Assembly: GCF_009914755.1 (NCBI RefSeq)
Contig: NC_060928.1
Direction: 5' to 3' (one strand)
Length of the DNA: 64,000 nucleotides
From: the human T2T-CHM13v2.0 reference genome, Homo sapiens
Position 1 is the stretch's first letter, and each line of letters opens with the position of its first letter. The position numbers were made by a program, and so were the translations under genes. Below the pieces are notes generated by a model that had not been told where the DNA came from, searched no databases, and worked only from the letters and a program-made list of their open reading frames with translations. Below, in pieces: positions 20,164 through 33,392 of the stretch.

Positions 20164-21189
20164 TTGTGTGAGTTGGAGGATGGGGTTAGCAAAGAGAAGT
20201 GCGAAGCTATATACAGGAATTAAGCCTGAAAAAAAAAAAACAAAAAAAAAACTTGAATGGGTATTTTTGTAAACTTTTCAAGTCCTTCAGACTTGGAAGA
20301 GTAAATGAAAGGTGTTGAGGAAGGAGAAAGAGATATAGTCTACACTTATTACACATTATTACTCCTTCTTCTAACCACCTCATTACATCTCCTTACCTTT
20401 GCCTCCTTGTTCCTCTACTTGCTTTCCTCCTTTCTTCTTTGTTGTGTTGACTGCTTCTTCACCTCGTATATTGGATTCTAGATAGGAATAAAACAAGCAG
20501 TTACAGGAGAGTTTTACTCATGATTAAGTTTTTTTTTGAAAAAAATTCTTTTTTATAGGATTCCCAAACACAGAAAAAAAAATACATAAGACTTCTGTTA
20601 ATCAATTTAAATGCAGCCCTATGAACTTTTATAAGTCTTTTTATTTTTTCTCTAACACTTGTTGATACCAGTTGCTTGGCGATGGCCTATGATCATTTAC
20701 TTCCTAATCTTGTATTCTCACACGCTAAACATATTCTCAGGCTTCATTCAAATTTGCCCAAAGCATTTTTCTTATGTTACCTCACTTATTTTTTTCTGAA
20801 ACCCCATGTAGTAGGTGTTATTATCTTAATTACAAATTACTACAGATCATTAACTTACAGAGGTCATTATTGGATAGGAATAAGCAGGAATGCTAAATAT
20901 TAAATACCAAAAGTGTTCTAACTATAGATCATTTTATCTATACAAGGTAAGTACCCTGAAGTTGTGCTGATTATTTTTCTTAATTGCTTTTAATACACTG
21001 CTTCTATGAAAGTTTAGACTGAAAATCCTATCAAGTATATGAAAGGTGAAAGTCTAAGTCACTGACAGTTAATCACTGCAAACGTTGATCTTGAAATCAT
21101 GTTTCAAAGTGATGAAGTCAAATATTTCAAAATAAAAGTTAAAACTTGGGCAATAACAATAAATATAAAACTCTAGTACAGGAATTTAT

Positions 21190-21378
21190 AATATCACTTA
21201 TGAATCATATGTATTTACATTATCTCATTTGAATCTCACAGGAATCTTTACAGTAGGGATTATTATAACCCTTCTTTCACAGATGAAGAAAATGATAACA
21301 AATAACTTAAAACCACTCAGCTAGTAGCAAGTAGTCAAGTTGGGTCTCGAGTCACATTTTTCTGACTCCAAGTTTTAT
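21190..21378 (-). mobile_element. MIR
   Basis: ATCTCATTTGAATCTCACA..ATTATAACCC..TTCACAGATGAAGAAAAT..CTCAGCTAGT..TCTGACTCCAA. Confidence 0.75.
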
Positions 21379-23249
21379 ATGATTGCTTTATTGTCTGCAT
21401 ATAAAAAGATTAATTTTAGAACACCAGGGGCTATTGAACTGGTTCTAGTCTTTGAGCCCCTAACCATAACGGTATGCTCTGATAGCCTGGGTCACTAAAA
21501 AATAAATATATTTCATCCTGACAAGTTGAGACCATATAATTACTAGATGAATAACAATAAATAACATCATCTTTCACTTTATCATCTCTAAGCTTCAAGA
21601 CTTCTGAAACTGGTTAAGGGCTCTATTGTGCTGTTAAAAAGTAATATTTATACCCATGCATTGTTCCCTGGAATCACGTGCTTCTCTTGTGTAAATATGA
21701 TGTTATTCTCACAAGTCAAAGGAAAAATAAAAATAGCTAGATATGTTTAGATATTTATTGAGACAGCTCACACTAAATACTGATTTATAACTATTTGATC
21801 AATTGAAATATGATATTATAATCCTTAGTTCTAGTTTACTATGTTTTACTGGACAAACAGTATCTTGGTCACTAGTATTGATCACAAAAATAATTTGAAT
21901 TTTTGCAGACAACAGACTCACTAAAAGTACGAAGATCTACAGCAGAGCTGAAATGCTGGACAACAGTGCATTCTGAATAATGCATTTCAGTCTGTGTTAT
22001 TAAAAATGCAGTATGTGTCAGTCATACAAAACCCAGTTTTCATGGAGTGATCGTTTTCCCCTATTCATTGTGACTTAGAGAAAGCAAAGAGATCTTCCAC
22101 AAATTAAAACAAATCTATGCTATTCCCCAAGTTATCTTTCCAAATTCCTAGCAAATGTTTAAATTAAGTATTTACTAGTAGTCAATTAATAAAGGATGTC
22201 TAAAATATTTTTACAAGTTGAAGTGTGAATGTGTGTGTATCTTTGTATGTGTGTGTTTATGTGTGTGGGTTGAATGTAAAAATAGGTTAGTATCAGTAGG
22301 AGAAAGCAGAAGGAAACAACTAGTTAATTTATATAAACATGCTTTGCTTTCTCATGGCCTTGATAATACTTAGTAACAGTCTTAGTAGTAAAGATTAGAA
22401 ATAAAAGCATTATTGTATGCATTTCTTCAAAAGACTGACATTTAGAAGAAAGGAATCATGTAAATGGTGGAAATTCTCTCTTATACCATTTCTATCTTTT
22501 TCTCTTGAAAAGTCATGCAAGGAAATCAGAACTAAATTGTGGAAAGCAGTAGTAGATTCACACATATTCACTTTATGATTTGCTGCAAGAATATTCATTT
22601 CACTAGAGACTATTCCTATAGTCTGGTATTTTCCTATCATTTAACTGAGTCCATAAATTCTCCCCTGCCTCATTGTATTCCAAGGCTTGCTGAACCCTTG
22701 TTCTGCAACTGTCTGGCTTTCTGCACACCTTGCCTGACAATTCTTGCTCAGCAGTTAGTGACATCCTCTTTTCTGCTAGATATATTTCTCCACTATGCTT
22801 CCCTACTCTTGCTAGCAACCAGCTTCTTTCCACTTTATGATATTTAAGAAATTTATCATAAAAATTTTTCTTGATTGTTTCTTTGGGCCCAGAAAAGTGA
22901 AGTAAACAGAACAAAGAAAATAAAAGATTTTCTTAAAAAAGAGAGATCTGGTAGGTTAAATTCAAACATTTATCTCTCTCCTGCCTTTTAATAGTTAAGG
23001 AGTAATATTTTGGCAGTGCTTAGGATCTAATTATGTTTTGTTTTTGCCACCAACCTCCTCTTTTTAAAAGGAAAGCTTTTCTGTGTACCTATATGGAATT
23101 AGCTCTAAGAAATCTTTCACCTCACCACATTTTTCCAGTCTTCTTAGATAACACTTCGTTATTTTTGATTTCAGTGAAAGCATTGCCTAATTTATACAAT
23201 ATTTCATAACTTTCCCATGTAGAATTTTGAGACTTTCCTTTTTAAATCT

Positions 23250-23440
23250 CCTACTACACTTCATTCATGGATTTATCATATTTACAATAGTCATCTTGTT
23301 ATATATATGATGGACCAAACTATATTGTAAGCTTCTTGTTGACAGAAAAAGTATTTGATTCCTCTCTTTATACCTAGAGGCAATAGCACTGCCTGACACC
23401 TAGATAATGCTCAATAAATGTTTGTAATATAAAGAATGAT
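23250..23440 (+). mobile_element. L2 3' end
   Basis: TGTAAGCTTCTTG..AGCACTGCCTGACACCTAG..GCTCAATAAATGTTTG. Confidence 0.7.
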
Positions 23441-23571
23441 GACAAGAAAGAATACTTAAAAATTGAGGTGAGAAAATACACAGAAAACTTCTTAGAAAAG
23501 TGAAGAGATGTAGGAAATACTAATGGATTGGGAAAATTAAAGAAAGCAAGTAAAAGCACAGTTAACGCTTG

Positions 23572-25447
23572 TGATGGTGGTGGCGGCCCAAATGGAGCAG
23601 CCACTGCAAGGACATCAGCTGCGGTGGGAGAGGCACAGTCAGAGCTGCACGCTCCACAGGGCCAGCAGGGGCCAGGAATAGGTGATCCCAGCAGGAGCAC
23701 CACACCCTACTGAGTTGGTTGGGCAGGAGCCCATGCTCCTGGGTGCAGCTGCAGCTGCCCAGCTATGGCTCCAGGCCCAGGCATCCGTATACCCTCAGGG
23801 GCCTGGGAAGCCTCCTGCCCCTGCAGGCTCGGGAGTGCTTGCTCCTGCTCCTGGCACATGCTCCAGTGCACAGCAAAGTTGTGGCCAAACCCAGGTGGTA
23901 TCACAACCCAGCCAGGTGTGTACACACTCAGGGCAGTGCTGACATGCCAGCCCCCTGCCACCGTGGCTCTCTCTAGATTTTGGATGCTGATGCATGCAGG
24001 AGGGAGGCTGGGAGGCTGAGGGTGGCTCAGCCTGGGCCTGCAGGTGTCCCTCGGCACGGACAGCCTGGGCACCGTGGGCGGCATGTTGATGGCTGAGCCA
24101 CAGGTTCCTGGGTGGGGAAGGGGAGGGTCCCCAGTGAAACCCCACCTTCAGGCCAGGGAAGACCTGAAGCCTGGGGACCAGGTTGTCAGTTCCAGGCGGA
24201 GTCCGAGACGTGGGGTGAGAACTTCCTTGATGCCTTTTGGCCAATCAGATGGTGCTCTTTCCAGGCCCACCCGTGACCACCCATGAACCAATCAGCATGC
24301 ACTGCCTCCCTTCTGAGCCCATAAAAACCCCAGACTCAGCCAGACTCAGGAACTTGTTGGGACTAACTGCCTGCAGGTAGGAGCTACCCTCTTCAGGTCT
24401 CATCTACACTTGCTGAGACCACCTGCCTGTGAATAAGAGCTACCCACACTGGGTCTCCTCTAGAGTTGTCAGGATGACCTGCCTGTAGATAGGAGCTACC
24501 CATCTCAGGTCTCCTCACTGCTGAGAGCTGCCTGTCACTCAGTAAATCTCCTCTCCACTTTGCTCACCCTCCAGTTGTCCATGTAACCTCATTCTTCCCA
24601 GATGTGGGACAAGAACTCAGGACTCACAGACTGGTGGGAGTGAAAGGAGCTGTAATGTGTTCCTGGCTGGCTCACCAGCTGTAGGCAGTGACATGCTTTC
24701 AGACTGTGGAAGTGAAGATTGCAACCTTTCTGGGGGCCCAGGCCTCAGGATTCCCTGAGCCAGAGCTCTCTTCCTTCTGTAGGGGCCAAGTGGCTGCCTC
24801 ACATGATAGGAAGCAGTGGCAGAGCTGGGCCAGCCTGGGAGCCACAGGCTGGAGTGAGGCAGTGGGACTGAAAGAGCTGTAACTCAAACAGGCTGAAAAA
24901 CACCCCCAGAAACATGCCACCAATCCTGCTTGCCATGCGGCGGGTGACAAGAAGGAGAAAAGAGCTGCAGCCCTTCTGGGAACCCAGACCTCAGGGCTCC
25001 CCGAGCCAGGGCTGTGACACCCTCTTTGGGCATCTGCAGTTCCTGACATCTCCTAGCTCTTGGGCACCACCTCATTCCCCTTGTCCAGAGGCTGGTGCTT
25101 GCAGCGGAAGCCTCTTGTGGTATGTCTGGTCCAGCCACAGCCTTGCATGGAGCTGGTGCCTGTGCCTGTCCCTGGAGCTGCCCACCCTGCCATAGCACCT
25201 GTTTTCCCAGCTGTGCATAGTGGGTGAATCCTGAGCTCAGGTGCTCACATACACCTCTCCCTCTCTGCTCTGCTCCTGGCTCACCCTTGGCAGGTGTGGG
25301 ATCCAGGCTGGTAGCACAAGCCAAGTGCAGCCTGCTAGGTCTAGTGGGTGAAACAATCCCAGCAGGCATGAGCAGAACACAAGCTGAGGCACCACCAGCC
25401 ACAGAGGTTTCCAGCTGGTGAAGCAACACCCTAAGGATCCTGTGACA
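23572..25447 (+). mobile_element. MER52 (MER52A-like, ERV1) long solo LTR
   Basis: TGATGG...GGATCCTGTGACA termini, with 4-bp TSD CTTG at 23568-23571 and 25448-25451. GC-rich. CCAAT boxes at ~24241 and ~24289, TATA-like CATAAAA at ~24320, AGTAAA at ~24541. Confidence 0.9.
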
Positions 25448-26110
25448 CTTGCATACTTACACTTTCGCATTCACTATTAATGCTCAAAAATTAGGTATGC
25501 TGGATAGAAATGTTGATTACTACAGCATTCCTCTCAGCTTTAAGTGCATGAAATAGTAACAAAAATGATGATGACCACCTTAACTTACTGTTTTCCAGTA
25601 AGTAAATCCAACTGCTTATTGACTGATCATAGTACAGGTCCTTTGTTTTCAGCACAAGTGAGACATTTATGTTTATAACTTTCAAAGTTATTGGTTCCTT
25701 CATGTGACCTATGATGTGTGGAAGAGGTGTAGATATGTGATTTCAACTGGTCTCTATAAACAAAGTCTAGAATTTGGCCTGATCAGTGATAAACTTAAAT
25801 AACTGAATATACCTCTAGCAATAACTATTTGAAAGGTGTAAAGCACACATTATTACTTAGACTGATCTTTCTCAAACTGTCTCTTTTCAAGGACCAGTAC
25901 TTATCTCCCCAACACAATTTTGCATAGACTAATACAAGTTAATTCTATGCACACCTATCACACAGCTTGCGCCAATCAGCAAATCAGCATGACTTTGCCA
26001 TCAGGACAAATAGTCTATTCCCTGCTCAACAAGACTGGATAGCCTATCACATTCTTGACTATCTCTGCCACTTCGAATTACTATACAAATTCCTAAATAC
26101 TCCATATCTG

Positions 26111-26425
26111 TTTTTGTTGTTTTTGTTTTTGTTCTGAGATGGAGTATCACTCTGTCTTGCTATGTCTCCCAGGCTGGAGTGCAGTGTCACGATGTTGGCT
26201 CACTGCAACCTCCATCTCCCAGTTCAAGCAATTCTCCTGCCTCAGCCTACTGAGTAGCTGGGATTACAGGTGCCTACCACTACACCCGGCTAATTTTTGT
26301 ATTTTTAGTAGAGGCAGGGTTTCACCATGTTGACCAGGCTGGTCTCAGACTCCTGATCTCAAGTGATCTGCCCACCTCAGCCTCCCAAAGTTCTGGGATT
26401 ACAGGCATGAGGCACTGTGCCTGAT
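26111..26425 (-). mobile_element. AluS (Sx/Sz-type)
   Basis: Dimeric Alu, antisense, with a (TTTTG)n tail. Confidence 0.93.
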
Positions 26426-27631
26426 CATGTCGGTATTATTTTGTTTTAACAGACACTAATAAATAGTTCATGGACCAACATTGTTCCACAGACCACGCTT
26501 TGAATAGCACTGGTTTAGACAGCTGAATATAAGCCAAACCAAGGTCTAGTGGACTCTAACCCCAGAGAAAATAAAAGCCCAACTATGATGTGGTCCATCA
26601 ATACATACTTTTAAAAATTCCAAATGAAAGCCCTAACAATACAATTGCCACAATTTGCCATTGATAACGATTTATGGGTAAAATTTTAGAAAAATGATGC
26701 AGTTGTGTGAAGAAACAGTATTGTAATATAGATGTCACAAAAATCTGTTAGAGCTCAACAGAAATTGATGGTGAGATGAAAGGAGTACTTGCATTTCTGG
26801 AAATATAGTTGACCAGATATCCTGAAATCTCCCTGTGTATGAAAAATCTGATACAAAACAAAATTGGCTGAAAAAAAGATACACACACACAAATATTATA
26901 TATTTAAAATAATATATAATTATGTATCATATGTAAAAGACAAATATGTGTGTATGTGTGTGTGTATATATATATACATATATGTAATTCTTCTAATCTG
27001 TCTAAGCTGTCAAGAAAATAAAGAATATTCACATGAAAGAAATATGAAATGAAAGCCTAAATCTACATCTAACAGAAGGTGCTAAAGCTGCTAACTACGG
27101 AAAGGGAGTTTGCCAGTCCCTACAATTCAGAGCTTTAGGTCATAAAGACACACATGGACATGAACACATGACATTGAACCCATGTAATGAGAGGAGTTGG
27201 AATAAAGATTTCCACAAAAGCCAACGATTTTTACATGAAAGGGTGGACCAGAAAATTGTCTGCCCCACAAAAGTAAATAGCAAAGAAAACTGACTAGCTC
27301 AGCCTGCATTTTAGTGGAAGGCTTTAATATACACATACATATCGCCTGAGTATTAGGAGTGTGGGTTTCAAATTCTCACAGGTCACATGACCTAGAAAAG
27401 CTCATCTAAGATTTAATTTTAAGTGGTCTTGGGATGAAGTCTCCTCAACACCAACCATAAGAATATCAGCTTGGGAAGAGCGCATTTAAAACCTAGTAAT
27501 CATAGAATTCCATAATATCGTTAATAACATGAGTTCACAACAAACAAAACAGAAAAGAGTAGAGGAAGCAAGAATTGTGGAGAGGAGAGAATGAATGTGA
27601 ACTAAATAACAACTTATGCATCTAGAGTCTG

Positions 27632-27743
27632 CAGAGAAAAGTTGCCAGTGAGAAATTATCTGTGATCCATGTACAAAAGATTTTTAACAGAGAAAAGTTG
27701 CCAGTGAGAAATTATCTGTGATCCATGTACAAAAGATTTTTAA
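27632..27743. repeat. Perfect 2 x 56-bp tandem duplication
   Basis: CAGAGAAAAGTTGCCAGTGAGAAATTATCTGTGATCCATGTACAAAAGATTTTTAA at 27632-27687 and 27688-27743, identical. Confidence 0.97.
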
Positions 27744-29374
27744 GGAGAAAGATACTACTATTTAATATTAAGGAGTTTGAATTTTTATGATTAAAGTCCC
27801 TCTGCAAACTTTCAATGAGCTCTGCTACATACACAACTGCCCCGAGTGAATAATTTTTGGAGAAAAAATCTAGGGAAAGAGGCTTAGATCTAAATATGGT
27901 TCACTGATAAAAAGGATATGGCAACAGTAATGGGAGGTCATTTCCAGTGAGGGCACTGCACGGAAGCAGGCGTTCAGATCAGTCATTCTAAACTGCAGGT
28001 TCAATCTCTCCAAAGTTTTCCAAAGCTTATTATCTATTTTTAGTGTTCATTTGTTTACAATTAGTCTGTAACTTCTATTACTTATTTAGTAGAATATTTA
28101 TTTTAAATTGTAGGCTCTATCAGGGAAAAAGTCAAAAAGGAGAAGCAAAGACCTTTGGTGAAGTTGATCTCTCTGGGTCCTCCCACTTTACAATGATTAA
28201 GAGACCGTATTTCCATGACATGATGTAGGGACTGCTTTGACAGTATATTTAGAGTTTATGCCAATATACCAAGCTTTGAGTGTTCTAAATAGGTGTAAAA
28301 CACATATATTATATTTTATGTGTAAATTATAATCAAATATTCTCTAATTTACCTCAATAGATTCTAAAGCCTCGGTTTTACTCAGATGTTGGGATGGTGC
28401 AACTAAATTCTGCTTTTAAAGAACATACTTGTTTTTTCTGTTTTAAGATGATCTCAGAAAGACAAAAACAAGGGAAAAAAAAAACTATGACTCTTTTTAT
28501 AACTGTCAATTCACAGTGTTTTCTAGTCCCATATCTCCCACCCTAAACATCAAGGGCTGATTTCCTGGATGGGTTTTGTATTTTCCAGGCATGAGGGAAG
28601 ATTGATATTCACTAGTCTCTGCTTGAGATGTCTTTCTTGCTCTGGTTAATCTCAGCCTTTTGGTTGGCTGGAGTAATGAAAGTTCTCTTGTCTCCTTACA
28701 TTAATGTCATGCATTGCCTCTGTTCCCAGAAGTTTCAGACAACTTTACATACTACACTAATAACTTCTTGACATCCAACTATCCACTTACCCAAATTTGA
28801 TCCTTTGCATTCTCACCCCTCACCATTATAAATCTCTGCATTCTTGCAAAGAATACGTACTCTCATAGGAGTACTTCCACTTCCAAGCAAGTAGCTATTT
28901 GGATACCTAATACAAGAATTTTGTTGTCTAGGCCTTTTATTTCTTGACAATATTTCTATTGCCTTACTTATCCTAAGGCTCTCTACCCATTAGTTCAATC
29001 ACATTTATTTTGTTAGGAAGAAGATAGAGATGGCATAGAAAAGAGGGTCGAAAATAGTCAAAAATACAGGAAGGAGATAAACACTTTAAGGGTTGTTAAG
29101 GAAGTAGCAAAATAACTATGTAGTGTGTAGGCTACAGTAAAAACACTGCTGAAGTCAATGAGAAAGGACCTAGTGCTTTAGTTCCTATAAACCTAAGTAT
29201 CAGAGAAAGAGTAAGATGATAGAAATCTCAAATAAATTGAGGAAAAAATAAAAGCAGAGAGAGCTTGTGATGGTATTCTGGTTTAGAAGTCTGGAAAGAA
29301 ATGCATTATAGGTTGTTGTTTGCCAAATGGAGAAGACAAAGTAGCATGATATATTTAGGCAAAGAAATGAGCCA

Positions 29375-29691
29375 GGCCAGAATTGTGGCTCGTGCCTGTA
29401 ATTCCAACACTTGAGGCAGCCAAGGCAGCAGGATTACTTGAGCCCAAGAGTTCAAGACCAGCCTAGGCAATATAGTAAGACCACATCTCTACAAAAGAAC
29501 TTTAAAAATTTGCTAGGCATGCTGGCATGGGCCTGTAGTCTCAGCTACTTGGGAGGCTGAGGTGAGAGGACTGCTTGAAGCTAGAAGGTAGAGGCTGCAG
29601 TGGGTCATGATTACACCACTGTACTCCAGCCTGGGTAACAAAGTGAGACACCATCTCTCTCTCTCTCTCTCTTTTTTTTTTTTTAAAAAAA
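29375..29691 (+). mobile_element. AluJ
   Basis: Dimeric Alu with J-type features (CTTGAGCCCA, GAGGCTGCAGTG). Degenerate TSD ending TGAGCCA on both sides. Confidence 0.92.
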
Positions 29692-30099
29692 GGAAACATC
29701 TGAGCCATACTTTCCACATGTCACCCTCCAAACTTCCTCATAGTAATCAGGAGAAAATAGGAAAGATCTAGAATTTTCAGAAAGATTCTATGAAGGATTT
29801 GAAAGTGCTGAGAGTGCTGGTGGAAGACATGAGAGGGAGTGTGGTTTCAGCACAAGGATGGCACAGTGTGCTTCTTGCAGGTAGAGACCATGACAAAAAC
29901 TGAGGACATTAACAGAGAATTCCAGCAAACACTGTTGGACTAGAAGGAGACCAGCTACTTGTTTTGGAGGTCAGAAAGTATTTAACTGAGAACATAGTGG
30001 AAATAAATGGGGAAGAGATACCTGCTCCAAAATCCTCTGTAAAACCCTGTCCATCATCCCACACTTAGATAGGGAACAGTGAAGAAAAAACAGTAATTA

Positions 30100-33000
30100 G
30101 GAGGTTCAAGATGGCTGACCAGATGCAGCTAAGAAATACTTCTTCCATGAAGAGAAACCAAAATATTAAGCAAATATTCACACTTCAAACAGATCTCCTG
30201 AGAGAAAACACTAAAATTCAATAGAGAGGCAACAGAAGACAACAAGGGGTGAAGGAAGAGGAAATGGGGCTGCCTCCTTGGGGTTGTCAAGTGCCAAGAG
30301 TAGCCCACAGACCAAGACATTGACCCAAGGAAGGGGTAAGTGAAAGGACCCTAGGGCTCTACAATCCCAATGAGGACATCTGCAATCCTAGCTACAGGAG
30401 ATAGACCTGTAGACCTTTAGACTGGCAAAAGGAGCTGCCTGGTGACCAAGATGTACTGCTAGAACTCATGTGAAGCCTGTCAGGCTTCTGTGCCCTGGGA
30501 AGCTGTAACAAAGCACCATTCTGTGTATCCATCCCCAAGGCTCTGTGTCCTGCCCTAAGCTGCTGCTGCTGTCAGCTGAGCCAGGGAATAAGCAGGGGCC
30601 CAGGTACTCTCACATGCTTCAAAGATAGGTTTCACTCCCATAGCTGCAGGACCAAGATGCACTCAAACCATATACCCCATACCTGCCAGTCCCTCCCAAG
30701 ACTGCCTTCCTGGCCATTCCTGCTGAAGGAGACTCACCTTTCCCAGTGTCAGGCTCGTAGCATATCCGCCATTGCCCTTACTGTTTTGTCTGCAACCTGG
30801 GAGGAGTTCATCCCTCCTTATCACAGCCAGTGCTTGAGCTCAAGGGGCCAGAGAACAAGTCCAGTGGCCTGTTCCTGTTTGCCCGGACTGGAGCACACCT
30901 TCCAGGGGTATGGTGATGATATTTGTAAACTGTTCTCAAGTGGGAGATAAGCATGCTTCTCCCCTATCTCTGCCTTTTCTCTCCCTCTCTGTATTCCAAC
31001 AGAATACAGAAAAGAATGTGGTGCAGGTTTGTACTGTGGTGAGGGAGATAGGTGTCCCTCCCTTAACAAAACTAGACCACAAAGAATGTGGGCCGGTAGC
31101 TGAGGTTTTTGCTCTAGACAGGGAGTCTCCTGGCCTGGGATGGTTCGGTGATTAGACACAGATTGCTTGGGACTAGCCTAAACTTCCTGGCCTGCTGCTG
31201 GCAGCTGGATACTAGAAAGTGACCCATGAGTTGAGGGTGTGGGAGCTGAGTAGGTTCCACTGCCACTTGCTAGGCTGAAGACTCTGTGCCACCCCCTTCC
31301 CCCGTGTAGACTCTGTGACACAAGAGAGAAACATCCACCCTTCCCTGGAGGGTTACCCCAGTGGCCTGAGAGCTGCCCCTAGACCCCCAAAGAGGCTGGC
31401 ACAAGAGCTGCACTGGAGAGCCTGTTCATAGGTTTGCCCAACACAGCCATGCTCAACTATGCTCCCTCCAGATGCCACTGTGGCAGGGCATGGAACAGGA
31501 ATCCCTGAGAGCTCCACTGCCCCACCCATCACCTGGGACACCCCAGTAGTTCTGATGAACAAGGGCCAAGTAGAAATCCCACTGCCACCATCACAGCTGT
31601 CTCTCTCCTGCAAGTGCCACCTACTGGCTGAGAGGTCAACCTACATGTCCCATTACAACATCTGTGGATACCATTTTACAGCATTTGGCTGGCTCTTACT
31701 TGCAAGTGCAACCCACAGGCCTATAGGTTGAACTTCGGGAGGCTTCTAACAGAAGTGCACGGTGCTGGGGAAGTAGATAAGGCTCCAGGCACCACCACCT
31801 CTTTCCCTCTCTGTCTTTTCAGGAGACAATAAGGCTGTTCATATGCACATTACACTGCTACTACAACATACAATCAACATTTGAGAAAAACATTACACTA
31901 AGGCTATCTATAACCAAGGAATTCATACACAGATTTGGCCCCTAAAAATACAAGGAAGAAAAGATGAAGGACCCTACCTAACATATGCAACAGTTACACC
32001 CTCAAAAGAGGACAAAAAAAAAAAAACCTCCCATCTAAACTAACTAAAAAATAAAAAAGTGACAGATTCTCTGGATGAAAAGGAAACCAGCCAGCATAAG
32101 AACTCTAGCACCATGAAGAAAACAGCATTGTGACACTCCCTAAGAATCACACTAGTTCTCTAGCAATGTATTCTAACCAAAATGAAAATTTTGAAATGAC
32201 AGATAAAGAATTCAAATATGGGTTGTAAGCAAGTTCAATGATATCCAAAAGAAAGTTGAAAACCAACACAAAGATATCAAAAGAGCAATTCGAGATATGA
32301 ATAAAAATTTACTAAAGAGATATTTTAAGAAGAATTTCTAGAAATGAATAATTTACTGAAGAAATTACAAAATAGAGCTGAAAGCTTTAATAATAGACTA
32401 GACCAAGCAGAGGAAAGAATTTCAGAGCTTGAAGAATGCTCTTTTGAATTAACCCAGTCAGATCAAAATGAAGAAAAAAATTTTTTAAATAAACAAAACT
32501 TCAAGAAATATAGAATTACATTCTATATTTACAACATAACCTATGAATTGTAAGCATACCTGAAAAAGTAAAAACTTTGGAAAACATATTTGAGGGAATA
32601 ATTTAGGAAAATTACACTGGTCTTGGTAGAAATGTAGACATACGTATACAAAAAGCTCAGAAGTACTTGTAAGATACATTTCAAAATGAATATCATCAAG
32701 GCATATACTCATCAGACCATCCAAAGTCAACTGAAAGACAACACTCTAAAATCAAGAGAGGTGCATCAAATCACCTCTGAAGAATATTCCATCAGACTAA
32801 CAGTGGACTTCTCGGCAGAAATCTTACAAGCCAAAAGGGAATAGGGCCCTACTTGTATTCTTCTTAAAAAAATGAACACCCAAGAATACTGTATCCTTCT
32901 AAACTAAACTTCATAAATGAAGGAGAAATAAAGTATTTCCTAGACAAGCAAACATGAAGGGAATTTATCACTATTAAACCAGCCCTATAAGAAATGATCA

Positions 33001-33392
33001 AAGGAGTTCTAAACACGTAAACAAAACGGCAATACCCTCAGTCATAAAAACACATGAATGTATATAACTCACAGATCTTATAAAGTAAACATACAATTGA
33101 GACTACAAAAAAAATAACCATTAACATCATGACAGGAAAAAAGCCGTATCAATATTAACCTTGAAAATTAATGAACTAAATGCTGCATTTAAATGATATA
33201 GACTGAGGAGAGTATATTTTTAAAAAATAAGATTCATTCATATGCTGTCTCCAAGAAACCCACCTGATGGTTAAAGAAATTCGCAGACCCAAAGTAAAGG
33301 AGTGGATAAAGATATTCCATGCAAATAAAAAACAAAAGTGAGCGGAAGTAGCTATATCTATGTCTTATAAAACAAACTTTAAATCAACATCG
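30100..33392 (+). mobile_element. 5' half of an old primate L1 (L1PB/L1P4-type 5'UTR, ORF1, start of ORF2)
   Basis: GGAGGTTCAAGATGGCTGAC start and long GC-richer 5'UTR. ORF1 remnant ESFNNRLDQAEERISELE (32344-32553). ORF2 ATGACAGG at ~33129. Confidence 0.85.

Noticed and set aside
20928-20946. 19-nt micro-exon (TAG/ATC...AAG/GTAAGT)
   Set aside because: Weak pyrimidine tract and not frame-preserving. The upstream acceptor at 20671 is better.
22603-22914. 103-aa minus-strand ORF preceded by a pyrimidine tract, as a possible coding exon
   Set aside because: Non-ATG start, no recognisable protein similarity, and no convincing donor or partner exons. A BLASTX/PhyloCSF hit would reopen it.
24360-24520. 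Three spaced ~60-bp repeats resembling a CRISPR-like array
   Set aside because: They are degenerate internal LTR repeats in primate DNA, with no unique spacers and no cas genes.
23374-25470. Dense cluster of overlapping ORFs up to 181 aa on both strands
   Set aside because: They lie within or overlap the GC-rich MER52 LTR, where stop codons are scarce. No recognisable domain.
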